DNA from: an uncultured delta proteobacterium
Lineage (GTDB): Bacteria; Desulfobacterota; Binatia; UBA9968
Assembly (NCBI GenBank): GCA_963840855.1
Contig: CAWJBB010000001.1
Location: forward strand, 37,013 to 101,012
Reading direction: 5' to 3'
DNA: 64,000 nucleotides
Below, one piece after another: positions 11,319 to 22,357 of the stretch. Numbering within the stretch: position 1 is the stretch's first letter; every line of letters starts with the position of its first letter. The notes under the pieces were generated by a model, which saw only the letters and a list, made by a program, of their open reading frames with translations, did not search any database and had not been told where the DNA came from. Made by a program: the position numbers and the translations under genes.

Positions 11319-13739
11319 TCATCCGCCCAGTAGCCGCGAAAGGGCAGCCGTGATTGTCTGTGCGATGCGTTCAGAGGTCAAAGAAGACGGCAGGGGAATA
11401 TGGAGAGCTGGTTTATCATCCGCTGGATCTTTTTTGACGAGCGGTGCAATGGCCGCTTCGATATTGCGGGCGAGTTGTCCAATTCCAGCGCTTTGAGGGC
11501 GCGGCCCTTCGCGCGGCGCTCTCCCGGCGGCGGGTTGAGTAGAGCCTTCATTGGATGCGCCAGTTTCGCTTAGTGAGAGACTTTCGAGAAATTTCATCCC
11601 TGCCTCCAGCAACATCCCCAGCGCGTGACCGATACCGTCCGGCCTCTCGAACCCTGGTTGAGCAGCCGACTCCCGGTTAATCGTCTCGCCGCGTTTACCG
11701 GTCTTCATGTCGGTCGCTGGCTCGGCCGGCGCCGCCGCGTCCGGCACAATTTCTTTTAAGGTTTCCATCATCGATCTTCGGCCCAGCTTTTCGAAGCTAA
11801 CTTCGGAACTGGCGCCGTCGAACAGACCTTCAAACAGCGCCTTCTTGAGCCGAATGGTTTCCCAAACGCGCTCCTCGATGCTGTTTTCGGTCAACAAGTG
11901 CACGGCAAGCACCGGCCGCGATTGTCCCATGCGGTGAACCCGAGCGATGCGCTGTTCAAGACGGGCGGGATTCCAGGGCTGCTCGATGTTGATCACCGCG
12001 GAGGCAGCCTGAAGATTGATGCCGACGCCGCCGGCATCCGTGGACAGGAATACTTTTATGTCGTTTTGCTCGCGAAATTTGGCGATCAGTTGGCCGCGCC
12101 GCCGCGTCGGGATGGCGCCGTGCAGCGAGACGTAACCGATTTTCATCTTCGCCAGCAACTCACCGACCAGGGAATTCATTTTTTCCCACTCGCTGAAGAC
12201 CACGACTTTGCGCTTCTCTTCGATGACGAGTTCTCGCAGGATTTCCTTTAGCTCCTCCATCTTCGGCGAGACCTTGGTTTCCTTGTCAAAGAGAAATGTC
12301 GAGTCACAGATCATGCGCATGTTTTGAATCGCGCACAGCAAGCGCTGCTGATCCACGGGCGACAGCCACCCCTGGCGCTCCATTTTGCGCACGAGCGCGG
12401 CGACGATAATTTGCTGATCGCCATAGTATGACGCCTGCTCCGGACTCATGGGAACGCGAAAGATTTTATCGGTGCGGGGCGGGAGATCTTTCAACACCTG
12501 GTCGCGGCGCCGGCGCAGCAAAATCGGCGCAAGCTTTTCCCGGACTTGATCCAAATTGCGGTAGCCGATGAGTTTTCCCTTCTCATTGACTTGCTGGTGC
12601 TCGCTCAGAAAACGGAACGCCGGCCCGAGCCGTCTGCCGTCCACGAACTGAACCACGGAATAGAGCTCTTCCAGTTTGTTTTCCAAAGGCGTCCCAGTAA
12701 GGACCAGAGCGTAACGGCTGCGCAAGAGTTTTATGGTACGGGCGGTGGCGGTTTCCCAGTTGCGGATGCGCTGAGCCTCATCCAAAATGATCAGATCGGG
12801 CAACAGCGCCGACACGCTATCGATATCGCGGCGCACCAGCTCATAGTTTACGATCTTGAAGAAAGCCTCTGAGTTGTATAACGCGCCGCGCCGCTCGGAC
12901 GAACCGTCGATCACCACCGCGCTGCGGTCGCTGAAGCGATTGATCTCTGTCAGCCATTGATGCTTCACCGAAGCCGGACAAATCACCAGCGCGCGGCTGA
13001 TGCCCCGGTGGCGCGCCAGCATTTCCGCGGCGCCGATCGCCTGGATGGTTTTGCCCAGTCCCATATCATCGGCGATAATGGTCCTTCCCCGACCAGCAGC
13101 AAAGAGCACACCGCGCATTTGAAAAGGATACAGAGGAACTTTCAGGAGTTTGTCCAGCGGCAGCTTGCCCTGCTCCAACAAGCGCAGCTCTTTGGCTTCA
13201 AATGCCAGCGATTCGGCCGCCGCTATTTCGCGGTCGACCCATTCCAGAACGTCCCCGTAAATCACGACCTTTTCATCGAGCGAGCGAAATCGGCCCAACG
13301 CCTGAGCAAACTGATTCAGCCGGTCTGGTTTGAGCAAACCCTCGGCGTCGAAAAACTCATCTTTCAATTCGCGCAGATCCGATGAGATCTGGCGCGGAGA
13401 TTTGATGCGCACTTTCGGCGGGTCGCGGTAGTCTAGGTAGATAGTTGTGTGCTCGCGCTGGTAGCGCGCATGATCGAGCTTGCGGCCAAAGCGTGAGCGC
13501 GCGCGCAGCAAGACCGCCTCGATATGTTTGCAGGTGCCGAGCGTGTTTACGGCGTAGTCGGGGCAAGCGCAGTAATTTTCAAAAAGCCCCACGCCGCGCA
13601 GCGCCACGCGATACAACCGTTTGCTCGCCGGAGAAAAGACCTGGTAATCCCCAAATACGGCCAGGCTCTGCGACTCTATTTTAAAAGTTTCCTTGCGCGC
13701 CCGTAACCGCCGCTCCGCGATTTGTTCTTCAATCAGCAT
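11319..13739 (-). CDS. SWIM zinc-finger SNF2-family helicase
   Basis: CACPD...CKH; DDMGLGKT, DEAQR, LTGTP, QRIARVHRMGQ. Confidence 0.92.
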   Translation of the reverse strand: MLIEEQIAERRLRARKETFKIESQSLAVFGDYQVFSPASKRLYRVALRGVGLFENYCACPDYAVNTLGTCKHIEAVLLRARSRFGRKLDHARYQREHTTIYLDYRDPPKVRIKSPRQISSDLRELKDEFFDAEGLLKPDRLNQFAQALGRFRSLDEKVVIYGDVLEWVDREIAAAESLAFEAKELRLLEQGKLPLDKLLKVPLYPFQMRGVLFAAGRGRTIIADDMGLGKTIQAIGAAEMLARHRGISRALVICPASVKHQWLTEINRFSDRSAVVIDGSSERRGALYNSEAFFKIVNYELVRRDIDSVSALLPDLIILDEAQRIRNWETATARTIKLLRSRYALVLTGTPLENKLEELYSVVQFVDGRRLGPAFRFLSEHQQVNEKGKLIGYRNLDQVREKLAPILLRRRRDQVLKDLPPRTDKIFRVPMSPEQASYYGDQQIIVAALVRKMERQGWLSPVDQQRLLCAIQNMRMICDSTFLFDKETKVSPKMEELKEILRELVIEEKRKVVVFSEWEKMNSLVGELLAKMKIGYVSLHGAIPTRRRGQLIAKFREQNDIKVFLSTDAGGVGINLQAASAVINIEQPWNPARLEQRIARVHRMGQSRPVLAVHLLTENSIEERVWETIRLKKALFEGLFDGASSEVSFEKLGRRSMMETLKEIVPDAAAPAEPATDMKTGKRGETINRESAAQPGFERPDGIGHALGMLLEAGMKFLESLSLSETGASNEGSTQPAAGRAPREGPRPQSAGIGQLARNIEAAIAPLVKKDPADDKPALHIPLPSSLTSERIAQTITAALSRLLGG

Positions 13740-13778
13740 GATTACTGGGAACTCTCCCGCTATTTTCCGCGCCCGCTT

Positions 13779-14828
13779 TTAAAAAGCCACCGGATACATT
13801 CGCTTTGGATTCTCCGTCATGATCTTTTGCTTGGTGTCCATCGACACATCTTCTCGCGCCAGGAACTTTTCGACGTTCTCATGGAACTCGGTACGCGGTT
13901 CGTGGGGAAAATCGGTCGCACAAAATAGAATGTCGTCGCGCAATAGTTCGGCGATTTGCGCGATGCTCCGGTCCTCGAGCTCGCAATGAATAAAAATTCT
14001 GCCGCTCTTCAAATGCTCCGAAGGCACCACTTTACATTCGGGCGCCTGAGCACTCCGGTGCTCATACTCCATATCCAACCGCTCCATCAAATAAGGCACC
14101 CAACCGCAGCCGGCTTCCGCGTAGGCGATCCGTAACGACGGGAAACGGTCGAACACCCCGCTATAGATCATGCTCGTCATCTGGATCATCTGCGCGAAGC
14201 CGTGGCTCAGGGCTCGCACCTCGATAAGTTTATCGAACGCATCCAAGCCAATCCCCTGCGTCGGCGCCGCGTGCACCGCCAGCAACGCTCCCAATTCCTG
14301 CGCCGTTTCGTAGACTGGCCTATACATGTCGTGACCCAAAGGCTGGCGCAAGCCAACGGCGGGAAGCACGGCACCGACAAAGCCGAGTTCCCCGACGGCG
14401 CGCCGCAACTCTTTCACGGCATCGGGAATCGACTGCAAAGGGATCAACGCCATCCCTTTGAGCCGCTTCTCCGGTTTGGTAAAGCACTCGTAGAGATAAT
14501 TGTTATAGCCCGCGGCCAACGCGCAGGCCCATTCCTTGTCCCGCACCATGCCGAAAGTTAGGCCGGACGTCGGATATAAGACTGACCAGGCAATCTCGTC
14601 CTCATCGAGAAACTGTTGCCACTCTTTCAGACTGCCCTTGACGATGTAGCGCCCTTTGCCATCGACCACTCTGAGGGCCTGGCGGTGAAAACCGTCCAGT
14701 GTTGGGAAAAAAGAAAACGAGAGCAAATCCTCGCGCCCTCTATACGGCGGCGGCAAAAACTTCAGAAGCTCGGTATCGCTTTCAACAACATGCCCGTCGG
14801 CATCGATAAAACCCTTGACATTCGTCAT
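13779..14828 (-). CDS. Amidohydrolase family protein (Amidohydro_2)
   Basis: IDADGH, EAGCGW, TDFPH; GGAGG RBS. Confidence 0.88.
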   Translation of the reverse strand: MTNVKGFIDADGHVVESDTELLKFLPPPYRGREDLLSFSFFPTLDGFHRQALRVVDGKGRYIVKGSLKEWQQFLDEDEIAWSVLYPTSGLTFGMVRDKEWACALAAGYNNYLYECFTKPEKRLKGMALIPLQSIPDAVKELRRAVGELGFVGAVLPAVGLRQPLGHDMYRPVYETAQELGALLAVHAAPTQGIGLDAFDKLIEVRALSHGFAQMIQMTSMIYSGVFDRFPSLRIAYAEAGCGWVPYLMERLDMEYEHRSAQAPECKVVPSEHLKSGRIFIHCELEDRSIAQIAELLRDDILFCATDFPHEPRTEFHENVEKFLAREDVSMDTKQKIMTENPKRMYPVAF

Positions 14829-14897
14829 AGCGAACCTCCATGGCCGCACTTAATGATATAGACACTTCCACGGTGTTCACAATCTCTTTTCCGGCGC

Positions 14898-14978
14898 CTA
14901 TCTATAAACATTCTTTATAAACCCGCTGGTTTCAAGCTCGCGCACGAAACGATCGTCAATGACCGAGTCGACTTTGTC
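14898..14978 (-). pseudogene. C-terminal stub of an NMT1/SsuA-like solute-binding protein
   Basis: KVDSVIDDRFVRELETSGFIKNVYR*. Confidence 0.5.
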
Positions 14979-15010
14979 AAGAACGGACGTTTCTTATTCT
15001 CCTTCGCCGA

Positions 15011-15175
15011 ATACCTCGCAGCTTGGTGCGAGGATGAAGGTGACGAGAACCCTCCGTAGCCTTGGCGAAGGAGGGTGGAAGGGCTTCGGCCTTCGCCGAC
15101 CGAAGTCAGCTACGGCCGACGAAGGTCGGAGAATTTCGCACAGATACCTCGGAGCTTTGCTCCGAGGAGCTTCAT
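15011..15175. repeat. Cluster of REP-like and IS200/605-end-like hairpins
   Basis: CCTCGCA-GCTTGG-TGCGAGG (15014-15033), CCCTCC-GTAGCCTTGGCGAA-GGAGGG (15050-15075), CCTCGGAGC-TTT-GCTCCGAGG (15147-15167). Confidence 0.65.
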
Positions 15176-15254
15176 CCGCTTCGCGAAAGTACGCGCCATT
15201 TTTTGCTTTCTTTCGTTACGCGGGGTTGATATGGAGTCCAGTGGTTGCGGGAGT

Positions 15255-15429
15255 GTCGATTCAGCCCTTACCGTCGCTCGAAGGGCTCAAGAACATGCAA
15301 AGACTCCTGGCGATGCAGAACCCCAAACTCGCCGACGTCAACCCGGCTAATCTCATGGACACCACTTTCATACGCAGGCTGGAGGAAAGTGGTTTTTTTG
15401 CCCAGCTGCAGGCGCGTTATCGAGAATAA
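15255..15429 (+). pseudogene. C-terminal stub of a second NMT1/SsuA-like solute-binding protein
   Basis: PLPSLEGLKNMQRLL...MDTTFIRRLEESGFF. Confidence 0.5.
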
Positions 15430-15534
15430 CCGTAAAAATCATCAGAATCTCGCTTCGCGTTAGCAAACATACGACACCCAATATCCGGAAGATTGATCCG
15501 TGGAATGTGACGTGAGGGTTCGAGGGTTAAGATA

Positions 15535-16844
15535 ATGAGCAGGCGTTGGTCATCAGCTTTGGCTGAACACGCGAAGCTTTGGGGTTTACTCGGATTGATC
15601 ATTGTTCTGGGCTTCTGGCCGCCTATCAGTTTGTCGAGCCTCCCCCGCCCGAGGCCATACGGATTGCAACGGGAGCACAAGATGGAGCCTACTATGCCTT
15701 CGCCCAGAAATACGCCCGTTTGCTCACACGCGACGGTATTACTCTCGAGATCGTTTCCACCGCAGGATCCGCCGAAAATCTCGACCTCCTCAAAACCGGC
15801 GCGGTTTCGCTGGCGTTGGTGCAGGGAGGCAGCGCGGCGGATGCGGACACCGACCAGGTGGAATCCCTCGGGAGTTTGTTTCTCGAACCGGTTTGGGTTT
15901 TTTATCGAGGACCAACGAGGATCAAACGTCTCTCCGACTTGAAAGGAAAACGCGTGGCGGTGGGCGTCGCCGGAAGCGGCACTCATCTTCTCGCCCTACG
16001 GCTCCTTTCGGCCGACGGAATCACGGAGTCAAATGCGACGCTGCTTCGTGAGAATCTGGCTCAGGCCGCCCCCTCGCTTTTAGAAGGTAAGATCGATGAT
16101 GCTTTTTACGTTGCTTCGGCCGAGGCACCGCTAGTTCGCAAGCTCCTACAGGATCCTGCCATTAGACTGCTGAGTTTCGAGCGTACGCCAGCTTATACTC
16201 ATGTGTTTCCGTTTTTGACTTCCGTAACTCTTACCGAAGGAGTGCTGGACTTGGAGCGCAATACTCCCTCCCACGACACAAGGCTCGTGGCAGTTGCAGC
16301 CAGCTTGGTAGCGCGAAAAGATTTAGATGACAATCTGATCCCAGCTCTCCTGAAGGCGGTTACCGAAGTCCATCAAGAGGGAGGCGTATTGGAGCGAAGA
16401 GGACAGTTTCCGTCGATAGACCTCGTCGACCTCCCATTGAACGACGACGCCCGGCGCTATGTCACAGACGGCCCTTCGCTTTTGTATCGATGGTTTCCGT
16501 ACAGAACCGCGGTGCTCCTGGACCGTTTGAAAATATTGATCCTGCCTTTCTTGGTTTTGATCCCGCTGTTTAAGATCGCCCCGCCGCTTTACAATTGGCG
16601 CATTCGGTCCCGGATTTACCGCTGGTATGCGGCGCTGCGCGAAATCAATGCAGTAATCGAGCAAGAGGGAAGTGCGGGAGAAGCGGAAGCGGCCTTGAAG
16701 CGGCTAAAGGAAATAGACAAAGAGGTCGCTTCGGTGTCGGTTCTCCTTTCTTACACGGGAGAATTGTACAACCTGCGGTTACATATCGGCTTCATTGAAG
16801 AGAAACTTGCAAAGCTGGCAAACCCGCCGGCGCGTGATTGTTGA
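15535..16844 (+). CDS. TAXI-family TRAP solute-binding protein, N-terminal frameshift
   Basis: IATGAQDGAY, TAGSAENL, GVAGSGT, YNLRLHI; the N-terminal TM segment is in the frame starting at 15535. Confidence 0.8.
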
Positions 16845-16947
16845 GAAAAAGTCGTGCAAGTCAACGAGGCGGCCAATAACCGGACCCAGTGCGGGGCCGT
16901 GGACAGCGGGCTTCAGGTCGGGTAATGCTGTGCCAGATGGAGTACAC

Positions 16948-17025
16948 ATGTCGTCGGCAAAACTGAACCCCGATGTTATCGATGCGGACGCGCACGTGGT
17001 TGAGACCGGGCGAGTGTGGGAGTAG
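16948..17025 (+). pseudogene. N-terminal stub of an amidohydrolase
   Basis: MSSAKLNPDVIDADAHVVETGRVWE*. Confidence 0.55.
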
Positions 17026-17197
17026 CGTCTCCGCGGTGAGCCACACGGAAGATTGAAGACCCAAAATAAATAAGATCAGAAGAGGAGTGGTCTTAACCCT
17101 GCCCGTCGAAAGCCAGAGCGGGGGAATAGAGTGATTCGGTAAAAAAACGCAAAGCGCATGGGCCAAAGAGCAAAAGGTAAGAAACGGGGGAAAACTC

Positions 17198-18187
17198 ATG
17201 AAGAAAAAAGTCATTGGCTTAGCGCCTGGCGCTTTTCTCTTTGCGCTTAGCGTTTCCGCCCCGGCGCAACAGACAGGGAAAATCTTCCGCATCGGATTCC
17301 TGGATAGTAGCACTGCTGCCGGTAGCGCGGTGCTCGTGGAGGCATTCCGGCAAGAGCTGAGCAAGCTTGGATGGATTGAAGGAAAGAATATCGCTTTCGA
17401 GTACCGATTTGCCGAGCAAAAGCCTGAACGACTACCTGAGCTTGTGGCGGATATGGTTCGTCTCAAGGTTGATCTTATTGTGAGCACATCGACGCCATCA
17501 GCGTTAGCGGCCAAGAGCGCCACCACTACCATCCCTATCGTGATGGCAAACGCTGGAGACCCTGTGGGTGCAGGTCTGATTGCCAGTTTGGCGCGGCCGG
17601 GGGGCAATGTCACTGGGCTCTCAGGTTTAAATTTCCAACTGAACACGAAAAGACTAGAGATACTCAAGGACGCAGTCCCCAAGCTCGCGCTAGTTGGACT
17701 TCTGCAGTCGGCGGGAAGGGGCGGACCAGGAAACCTCCAAATGAAAGAGATCAGGCCTGCGGCTCAGGCACTAAAGTTAAAATTGGTGGAGATCGCGACT
17801 CAACCCGATCCCAAAGGTTTAGAGAGTGCCTTTCAAATCGCAAAGCAGAAACAGGTCAAAGCGATTATGACAACCACTAGTCGGCCCTTTTTCGCTGAAA
17901 GAAAGCGGATCGTTGAGTTTGCAGTCAAGTACCGCTTGCCGGCTATTTACTTCCAGAAGGAGTTTGTCGATGACGGCGGTCTCATGTCCTACGGGGCGGA
18001 CTTTGATGACTTGTACCGGCGCGCGGCCGTTTACGTGGACAAGATCTTGAAAGGCGCCAAACCGGCTGACCTGCCGGTGCAGCAGGCAACGAAGTTTGAA
18101 TTCGTCATTAACCTCAAGGCGGCTAAGCAGATCGACCTGACCGTTCCGCCGGAAGTGCTTGCACGGGCGGATAAAATCATCAAGTAA
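17198..18187 (+). CDS. ABC transporter substrate-binding protein (ABC_sub_bind type)
   Basis: Signal peptide; SLARPGGNVTG, GGLMSYG, DKILKGAKPADLPV, INLKAAK. Confidence 0.9.
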   Translation: MKKKVIGLAPGAFLFALSVSAPAQQTGKIFRIGFLDSSTAAGSAVLVEAFRQELSKLGWIEGKNIAFEYRFAEQKPERLPELVADMVRLKVDLIVSTSTPSALAAKSATTTIPIVMANAGDPVGAGLIASLARPGGNVTGLSGLNFQLNTKRLEILKDAVPKLALVGLLQSAGRGGPGNLQMKEIRPAAQALKLKLVEIATQPDPKGLESAFQIAKQKQVKAIMTTTSRPFFAERKRIVEFAVKYRLPAIYFQKEFVDDGGLMSYGADFDDLYRRAAVYVDKILKGAKPADLPVQQATKFEFVINLKAAKQIDLTVPPEVLARADKIIK

Positions 18188-18215
18188 ATCAATTTTTTTG
18201 GAAAGGACTAAATCC

Positions 18216-19259
18216 ATGAGCGATCTCACTGCCATCGATGCGGACGGACACGTCATCGAAAAGGAAAGCGACATTCGGAAATACTTGCAGGAGCCGTGGA
18301 ATCGGCGTTCGACGGCGCTTCGACCGGGCGACCAGCCCTGGGACAATTACATGTTCGATCACTTTGTAACCGAGCGCACCTGGAGCAAGCTCTCGGCCCG
18401 GGAACAGGTTACCCGCTGGGACGAAATCTTGGACGAGCATCAGATGGAATATGCCGTCTGTTTTCCAACCGGTTCAGGAAGCGTCGTCCGGTTGCAGGAA
18501 CTGCCGTTTCAAATCGCGGTGGCGCGCGCCTGCAACGATCAGTTCGCCGGTGAATACAATGCGCTTTCCGACCGCGTGAAGTGCGTCGGCGTCTTGCCGA
18601 TGCGCTCGCCGCAGGCCGCCGCCGAAGAGTTGGAGCGCGCCGTGAAGGAACTGGGAATCATCGGCTTTGAGATTCTTCCGGTCGGTTTGCCGTTGGCGCT
18701 TGGCGATAGCTTCTATGATCCGGTTTACGCCGCGGCGGAGAAGTGCGGCGCAGTTCTCGGCATCCATGGCACCCGCAGCTGGTCGCGGGAGCTCGGCGCT
18801 GAGGGTTTGAACACTTTCGCCGAAGTCCACGCCTATGCCTTTACCGCAGGCATTTTGCTCCAGTTTACCAGCATGATCTGCCAGGGCGTGCCGGTGCGCT
18901 TTCCCAGGCTTCGCTTCGCGTTTCTAGAGATCGGTGCCACCTGGTTGCCCTACTACCTGGATCGTCTCGACGAGCACTGGGAAAAACGCGCCGAGTTCGA
19001 GATGCCGCTGCTCAAAGACAAGCCCAGCGAGATGGTAAGAAAATCGGAGGTTTACTTCAGCATCGAATCCGGCGAGTCACAATTGGCGCAAGCGGTCGAA
19101 TACGTCGGCGCGGACCATTTTCTTTACGCCTCGGATATCCCGCATTGGGACTGTGAGTTTCCCGGAAACCTCCAGCATCTTCGCAACCACGAGGGATTGT
19201 CCGCCGACGTTAAAGAAAAGATCCTGTACAAAAACGCCAAGCGACTTTTTAATTTGTAA
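18216..19259 (+). CDS. Amidohydrolase family protein
   Basis: IDADGH, LEIGATW, SDIPHWD; AAGGA RBS. Confidence 0.88.
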   Translation: MSDLTAIDADGHVIEKESDIRKYLQEPWNRRSTALRPGDQPWDNYMFDHFVTERTWSKLSAREQVTRWDEILDEHQMEYAVCFPTGSGSVVRLQELPFQIAVARACNDQFAGEYNALSDRVKCVGVLPMRSPQAAAEELERAVKELGIIGFEILPVGLPLALGDSFYDPVYAAAEKCGAVLGIHGTRSWSRELGAEGLNTFAEVHAYAFTAGILLQFTSMICQGVPVRFPRLRFAFLEIGATWLPYYLDRLDEHWEKRAEFEMPLLKDKPSEMVRKSEVYFSIESGESQLAQAVEYVGADHFLYASDIPHWDCEFPGNLQHLRNHEGLSADVKEKILYKNAKRLFNL

Positions 19260-19266
19260 ATTCTTG

Positions 19267-19355
19267 CGTCATTACGGGCAAGCTGGCGATAGCTAGCTTG
19301 ACCCGGAATCCAGGAAAATCAAAGGGTTCTGGATTCCGCTTCCGCGGGAATGACG
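19267..19355. repeat. REP-like composite palindrome
   Basis: CGTCATT...GGAATCCAG // CTGGATTCC...GGAATGACG. Confidence 0.6.
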
Positions 19356-19417
19356 GACTCGGACTCCAGACTTTGTAAACGAACTTCAAAGGACATGAGT
19401 GCGCTTTAGGAGTCGAC

Positions 19418-20701
19418 ATGGAACAGCAAAATCTCATCCATGAAGACGGCGAGAGAGGTATCTTTCGAGTGCACCGCTCGGCCTTCACCTCACTGGAGAT
19501 CGCGGCAATCGAGCGCGATAACATCTTCGACAGATGCTGGCTGTACCTCGGCCACGAATCCGAAGTTGAAAAGCCCGGGGACTTCCGGCGGCGGACCGTC
19601 GCCGGGCGCCCGCTTTTTTGGGTCCGAGGAAACGACGACAAGGTACGAGCGTTTCACAATACGTGTACGCATTGGGGCGCCAACGTCTGTCGCGTTGACC
19701 AGGGCAACGCAGATACGTTCCAGTGCTTTTACCACGCCTGGACGTTCGACAATAAAGGGGAGCTGATAAGCGTGCCGGATGAAGCGGGCTATGCTCGAGG
19801 ATTCAACAAAGCGGAGTTGGGTCTCGTTTCGCCGCCTCGGCTAGAGCAGTATCGCGGGCTTTACTTTGTCAGCTTCAATCCGGATGTCACCGACCTCGTC
19901 AACTATCTCGGCGGGGCCAAGGAATACTTGGACCTGATCCTCGATCAGTCGGAAGCGGGGTGGCGCGTGATTCCCGGCACGCAGAACTACGGCGCCAGAG
20001 CTAACTGGAAAATGTTTTCTCTTAACAGCCTGGACAGCTACCATGTGAAACCGTTGCACGCGACTTTCTTTAAATACACCCAGAGCCTGGGGCCGGGCGA
20101 CTCGCCGCCGCCGCTGCCGGATTTTCCCGGAGCTGAAGGACGATCTCTTGCGTTGGGCAACGGCCACGGCGTCGATATCTTTGCCGCCGGCGAGCGGGCG
20201 CGGCCGATTGCCAACTGGCATCCCATCCTCGGCGACGAAACCAAAAATGAGATCCGCGATATCCGGGCACGCCTCGTCGAGCGCTTTGGCGAAGAGCGGG
20301 CTTATCTCATGTGCAACACCAATCGCCTTATGCTGATCTATCCTAACTTCGCGCTGCACGACATCGCCGGCATCAGTCTACGCTACTTCGAACCGGCTGG
20401 GCCTGACTCTATGGAGGTAACGGTGCAGACGCTCGCGCCGAGGAATGAATCGGCGGAGTTACTCAGCCGGCGGCTGGAAAATTTTGTCAGTTTCCTGGGT
20501 CCAGGCGGCTTCGCTCATCCCGATGACATCGAAGCCATGGAGTCCGCTCAGACCGGATTTAGAGCGGGCGGCCCGCTTTGGATCGATGCCTCCAGGGGTA
20601 TGCACCGGAAAGCAACAGCTATTGACGAATGCCATGTTCGATCATTCTGGCGCCAGTGGCAGACCAACCTTAAACAACCACCAACCGCCGGCGCACTTTA
20701 A
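19418..20701 (+). CDS. Aromatic ring-hydroxylating dioxygenase alpha subunit
   Basis: Rieske CTH...CFYH; mononuclear iron site DSYH...H; PDD. Confidence 0.92.
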   Translation: MEQQNLIHEDGERGIFRVHRSAFTSLEIAAIERDNIFDRCWLYLGHESEVEKPGDFRRRTVAGRPLFWVRGNDDKVRAFHNTCTHWGANVCRVDQGNADTFQCFYHAWTFDNKGELISVPDEAGYARGFNKAELGLVSPPRLEQYRGLYFVSFNPDVTDLVNYLGGAKEYLDLILDQSEAGWRVIPGTQNYGARANWKMFSLNSLDSYHVKPLHATFFKYTQSLGPGDSPPPLPDFPGAEGRSLALGNGHGVDIFAAGERARPIANWHPILGDETKNEIRDIRARLVERFGEERAYLMCNTNRLMLIYPNFALHDIAGISLRYFEPAGPDSMEVTVQTLAPRNESAELLSRRLENFVSFLGPGGFAHPDDIEAMESAQTGFRAGGPLWIDASRGMHRKATAIDECHVRSFWRQWQTNLKQPPTAGAL

Positions 20702-21264
20702 TGATCCTCGTGAAGAGATCGGCCGTTAATGACAAGCCCGATGAGAGCACGAATTTGACGACCTATTCCGACAACGAAATCGCCAGGCTCATACTGCATC
20801 GCGAGGTGGAAGCCTTTATCTTCGAGGAAGCGGCTTTGCTCGACCAGTGGCGTCTGGACGACTGGCTCGCGCTTTTTACCGACGATGCGCGATACCTCGT
20901 ACCGGCTACGGACACGCCCGAGGCGGATCCCCGCAAAGCCCTATCGATCATTGACGACGATACGTCGCGACTACGAGGGCGGGTCGAGCGCTTGCAAAGC
21001 CGCCATGCCCATCGCGAGTTTCCCTGGTCCCGCACCCGGCGCTTGGTGACTAACGTGCGGGTCACGGAGGTCGTGGGGACGGATATTCATGTCACCGCCT
21101 CGTTCCTCGTCTATCGCATCCGCGGCGGTCATGTGGACCCTCTCATCGGCCGATACGAGTACACGTTGCGGCGCATCGGAAAAGCGCTCAAGATCGCCTA
21201 CCGAAAGGCCGTGCTGGATCTGGAAGCGCTCCGGCCGCACGGCACGGTGAGTATTATTTTGTAA
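20701..21264 (+). CDS. Ring-hydroxylating dioxygenase beta subunit
   Basis: EAALLD...WLALF, SRTRRLVTNV; adjacent to the alpha subunit. Confidence 0.9.
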   Translation: MILVKRSAVNDKPDESTNLTTYSDNEIARLILHREVEAFIFEEAALLDQWRLDDWLALFTDDARYLVPATDTPEADPRKALSIIDDDTSRLRGRVERLQSRHAHREFPWSRTRRLVTNVRVTEVVGTDIHVTASFLVYRIRGGHVDPLIGRYEYTLRRIGKALKIAYRKAVLDLEALRPHGTVSIIL

Positions 21265-21270
21265 CGTCGT

Positions 21271-21293
21271 GGGGTCAGACTTGGGTCAGACTT
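21271..21293 (+). repeat. Orphan RAYT-type left end, tandemly duplicated
   Basis: GGGGTCAGACTT-GGGTCAGACTT resembles GGGTCAGGCTT at 58879. Confidence 0.45.
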
Positions 21294-21415
21294 CTACCAC
21301 TTGACTATCTTTGCCGTTCGTAGATTGCCGATAAGATATATCCCTGCGCCGGGCCGCTCAAGGTTAGCGCTCGCAGGCTCACTTCCGAGTAATTTCCTTG
21401 AGCAGCTTGTGCCAT

Positions 21416-21883
21416 TCAGCCATGGTTACGCGAAACGGCTTTTTCGTCTGATTCGCGGATGTCCTGTGGATCTTTCGGCGGCGGTTGCGCTCCCACCCAA
21501 CCATGTTCAGTGATATCGATCATGACGGCGTCCGGCCCCTTGTACTTTTCTTCGAAGAAGCCGGTTGTCGCCCCCTCAGGGCGACCGAAGCGATACTCCG
21601 CGCCCGACTCTGCCAGACGACGCCGGGTTTCTTCGGCGTCGTCGATCCAAAATCCGAAGTGATGCAAGCCGAACACGGGTCCTAGCCCGTCTTGCCGGTC
21701 CGCGGCCTCTACCGTTTTGAACCGCAGTACCGCCATGTTGATGGTACCATCGCTCAGATAGATCCCCTTGGCGATCGGTGAATCGGTGCGCCCGACTTCG
21801 ACCATGTCAAATACGCGCTTATAAAACTCCGCCGTCTTCTCCGGATCAGGAGTGTGCAGTGCTATATGTCTCAGCTTCGCCAT
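21416..21883 (-). CDS. VOC/glyoxalase family protein
   Basis: LRHIAL, GLHHFGF, GPD..MIDI. Confidence 0.88.
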   Translation of the reverse strand: MAKLRHIALHTPDPEKTAEFYKRVFDMVEVGRTDSPIAKGIYLSDGTINMAVLRFKTVEAADRQDGLGPVFGLHHFGFWIDDAEETRRRLAESGAEYRFGRPEGATTGFFEEKYKGPDAVMIDITEHGWVGAQPPPKDPQDIRESDEKAVSRNHG

Positions 21884-22357
21884 AGAGCCCCCTTTCGAGT
21901 TGATAAACGTTTCGTTTCAATTGGTGCATGACAGCCGTGTACCGGCATAGTAATTTATTCCAGTTCGCCGTTATGCCTCTGCCATAAGCATAGGTTAGGT
22001 TCACGACGAGCGTCAAGGGATGGAAAATTACTCTAGAGTCGGAAATCACTTAGTAGGGATAGCCGTAGGTCGATCCGCCAATGATCTTTAAATCGCCCAC
22101 GCGTGCCTTGTAGCTCTTCGCGTCGTCATTTTTAGTCCTCCCACTGATGCTCTAGAAGTCAACCGGTAGAAGATTAAGCAAACCGCGCGCGAGGATCAAG
22201 CATTCACTTGACTGATGACCTGGGCTTCGAATATTGAATTCATGTTGCCGAAAGATTCCAACGTCAAAACTCCAAGCGAAAAATCCGAGATCAACGGACA
22301 ATGCCCGCCCCTCCGCCCACTGCGCGCTATCGGCGGCAAGGAAAGGATAAACTGCAC

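Noticed and set aside
11319-13739. SNF2 helicase as the missing DISARM DrmD
   Set aside because: It lies more than 16 kb away among metabolic genes and has a SWIM-SNF2 architecture
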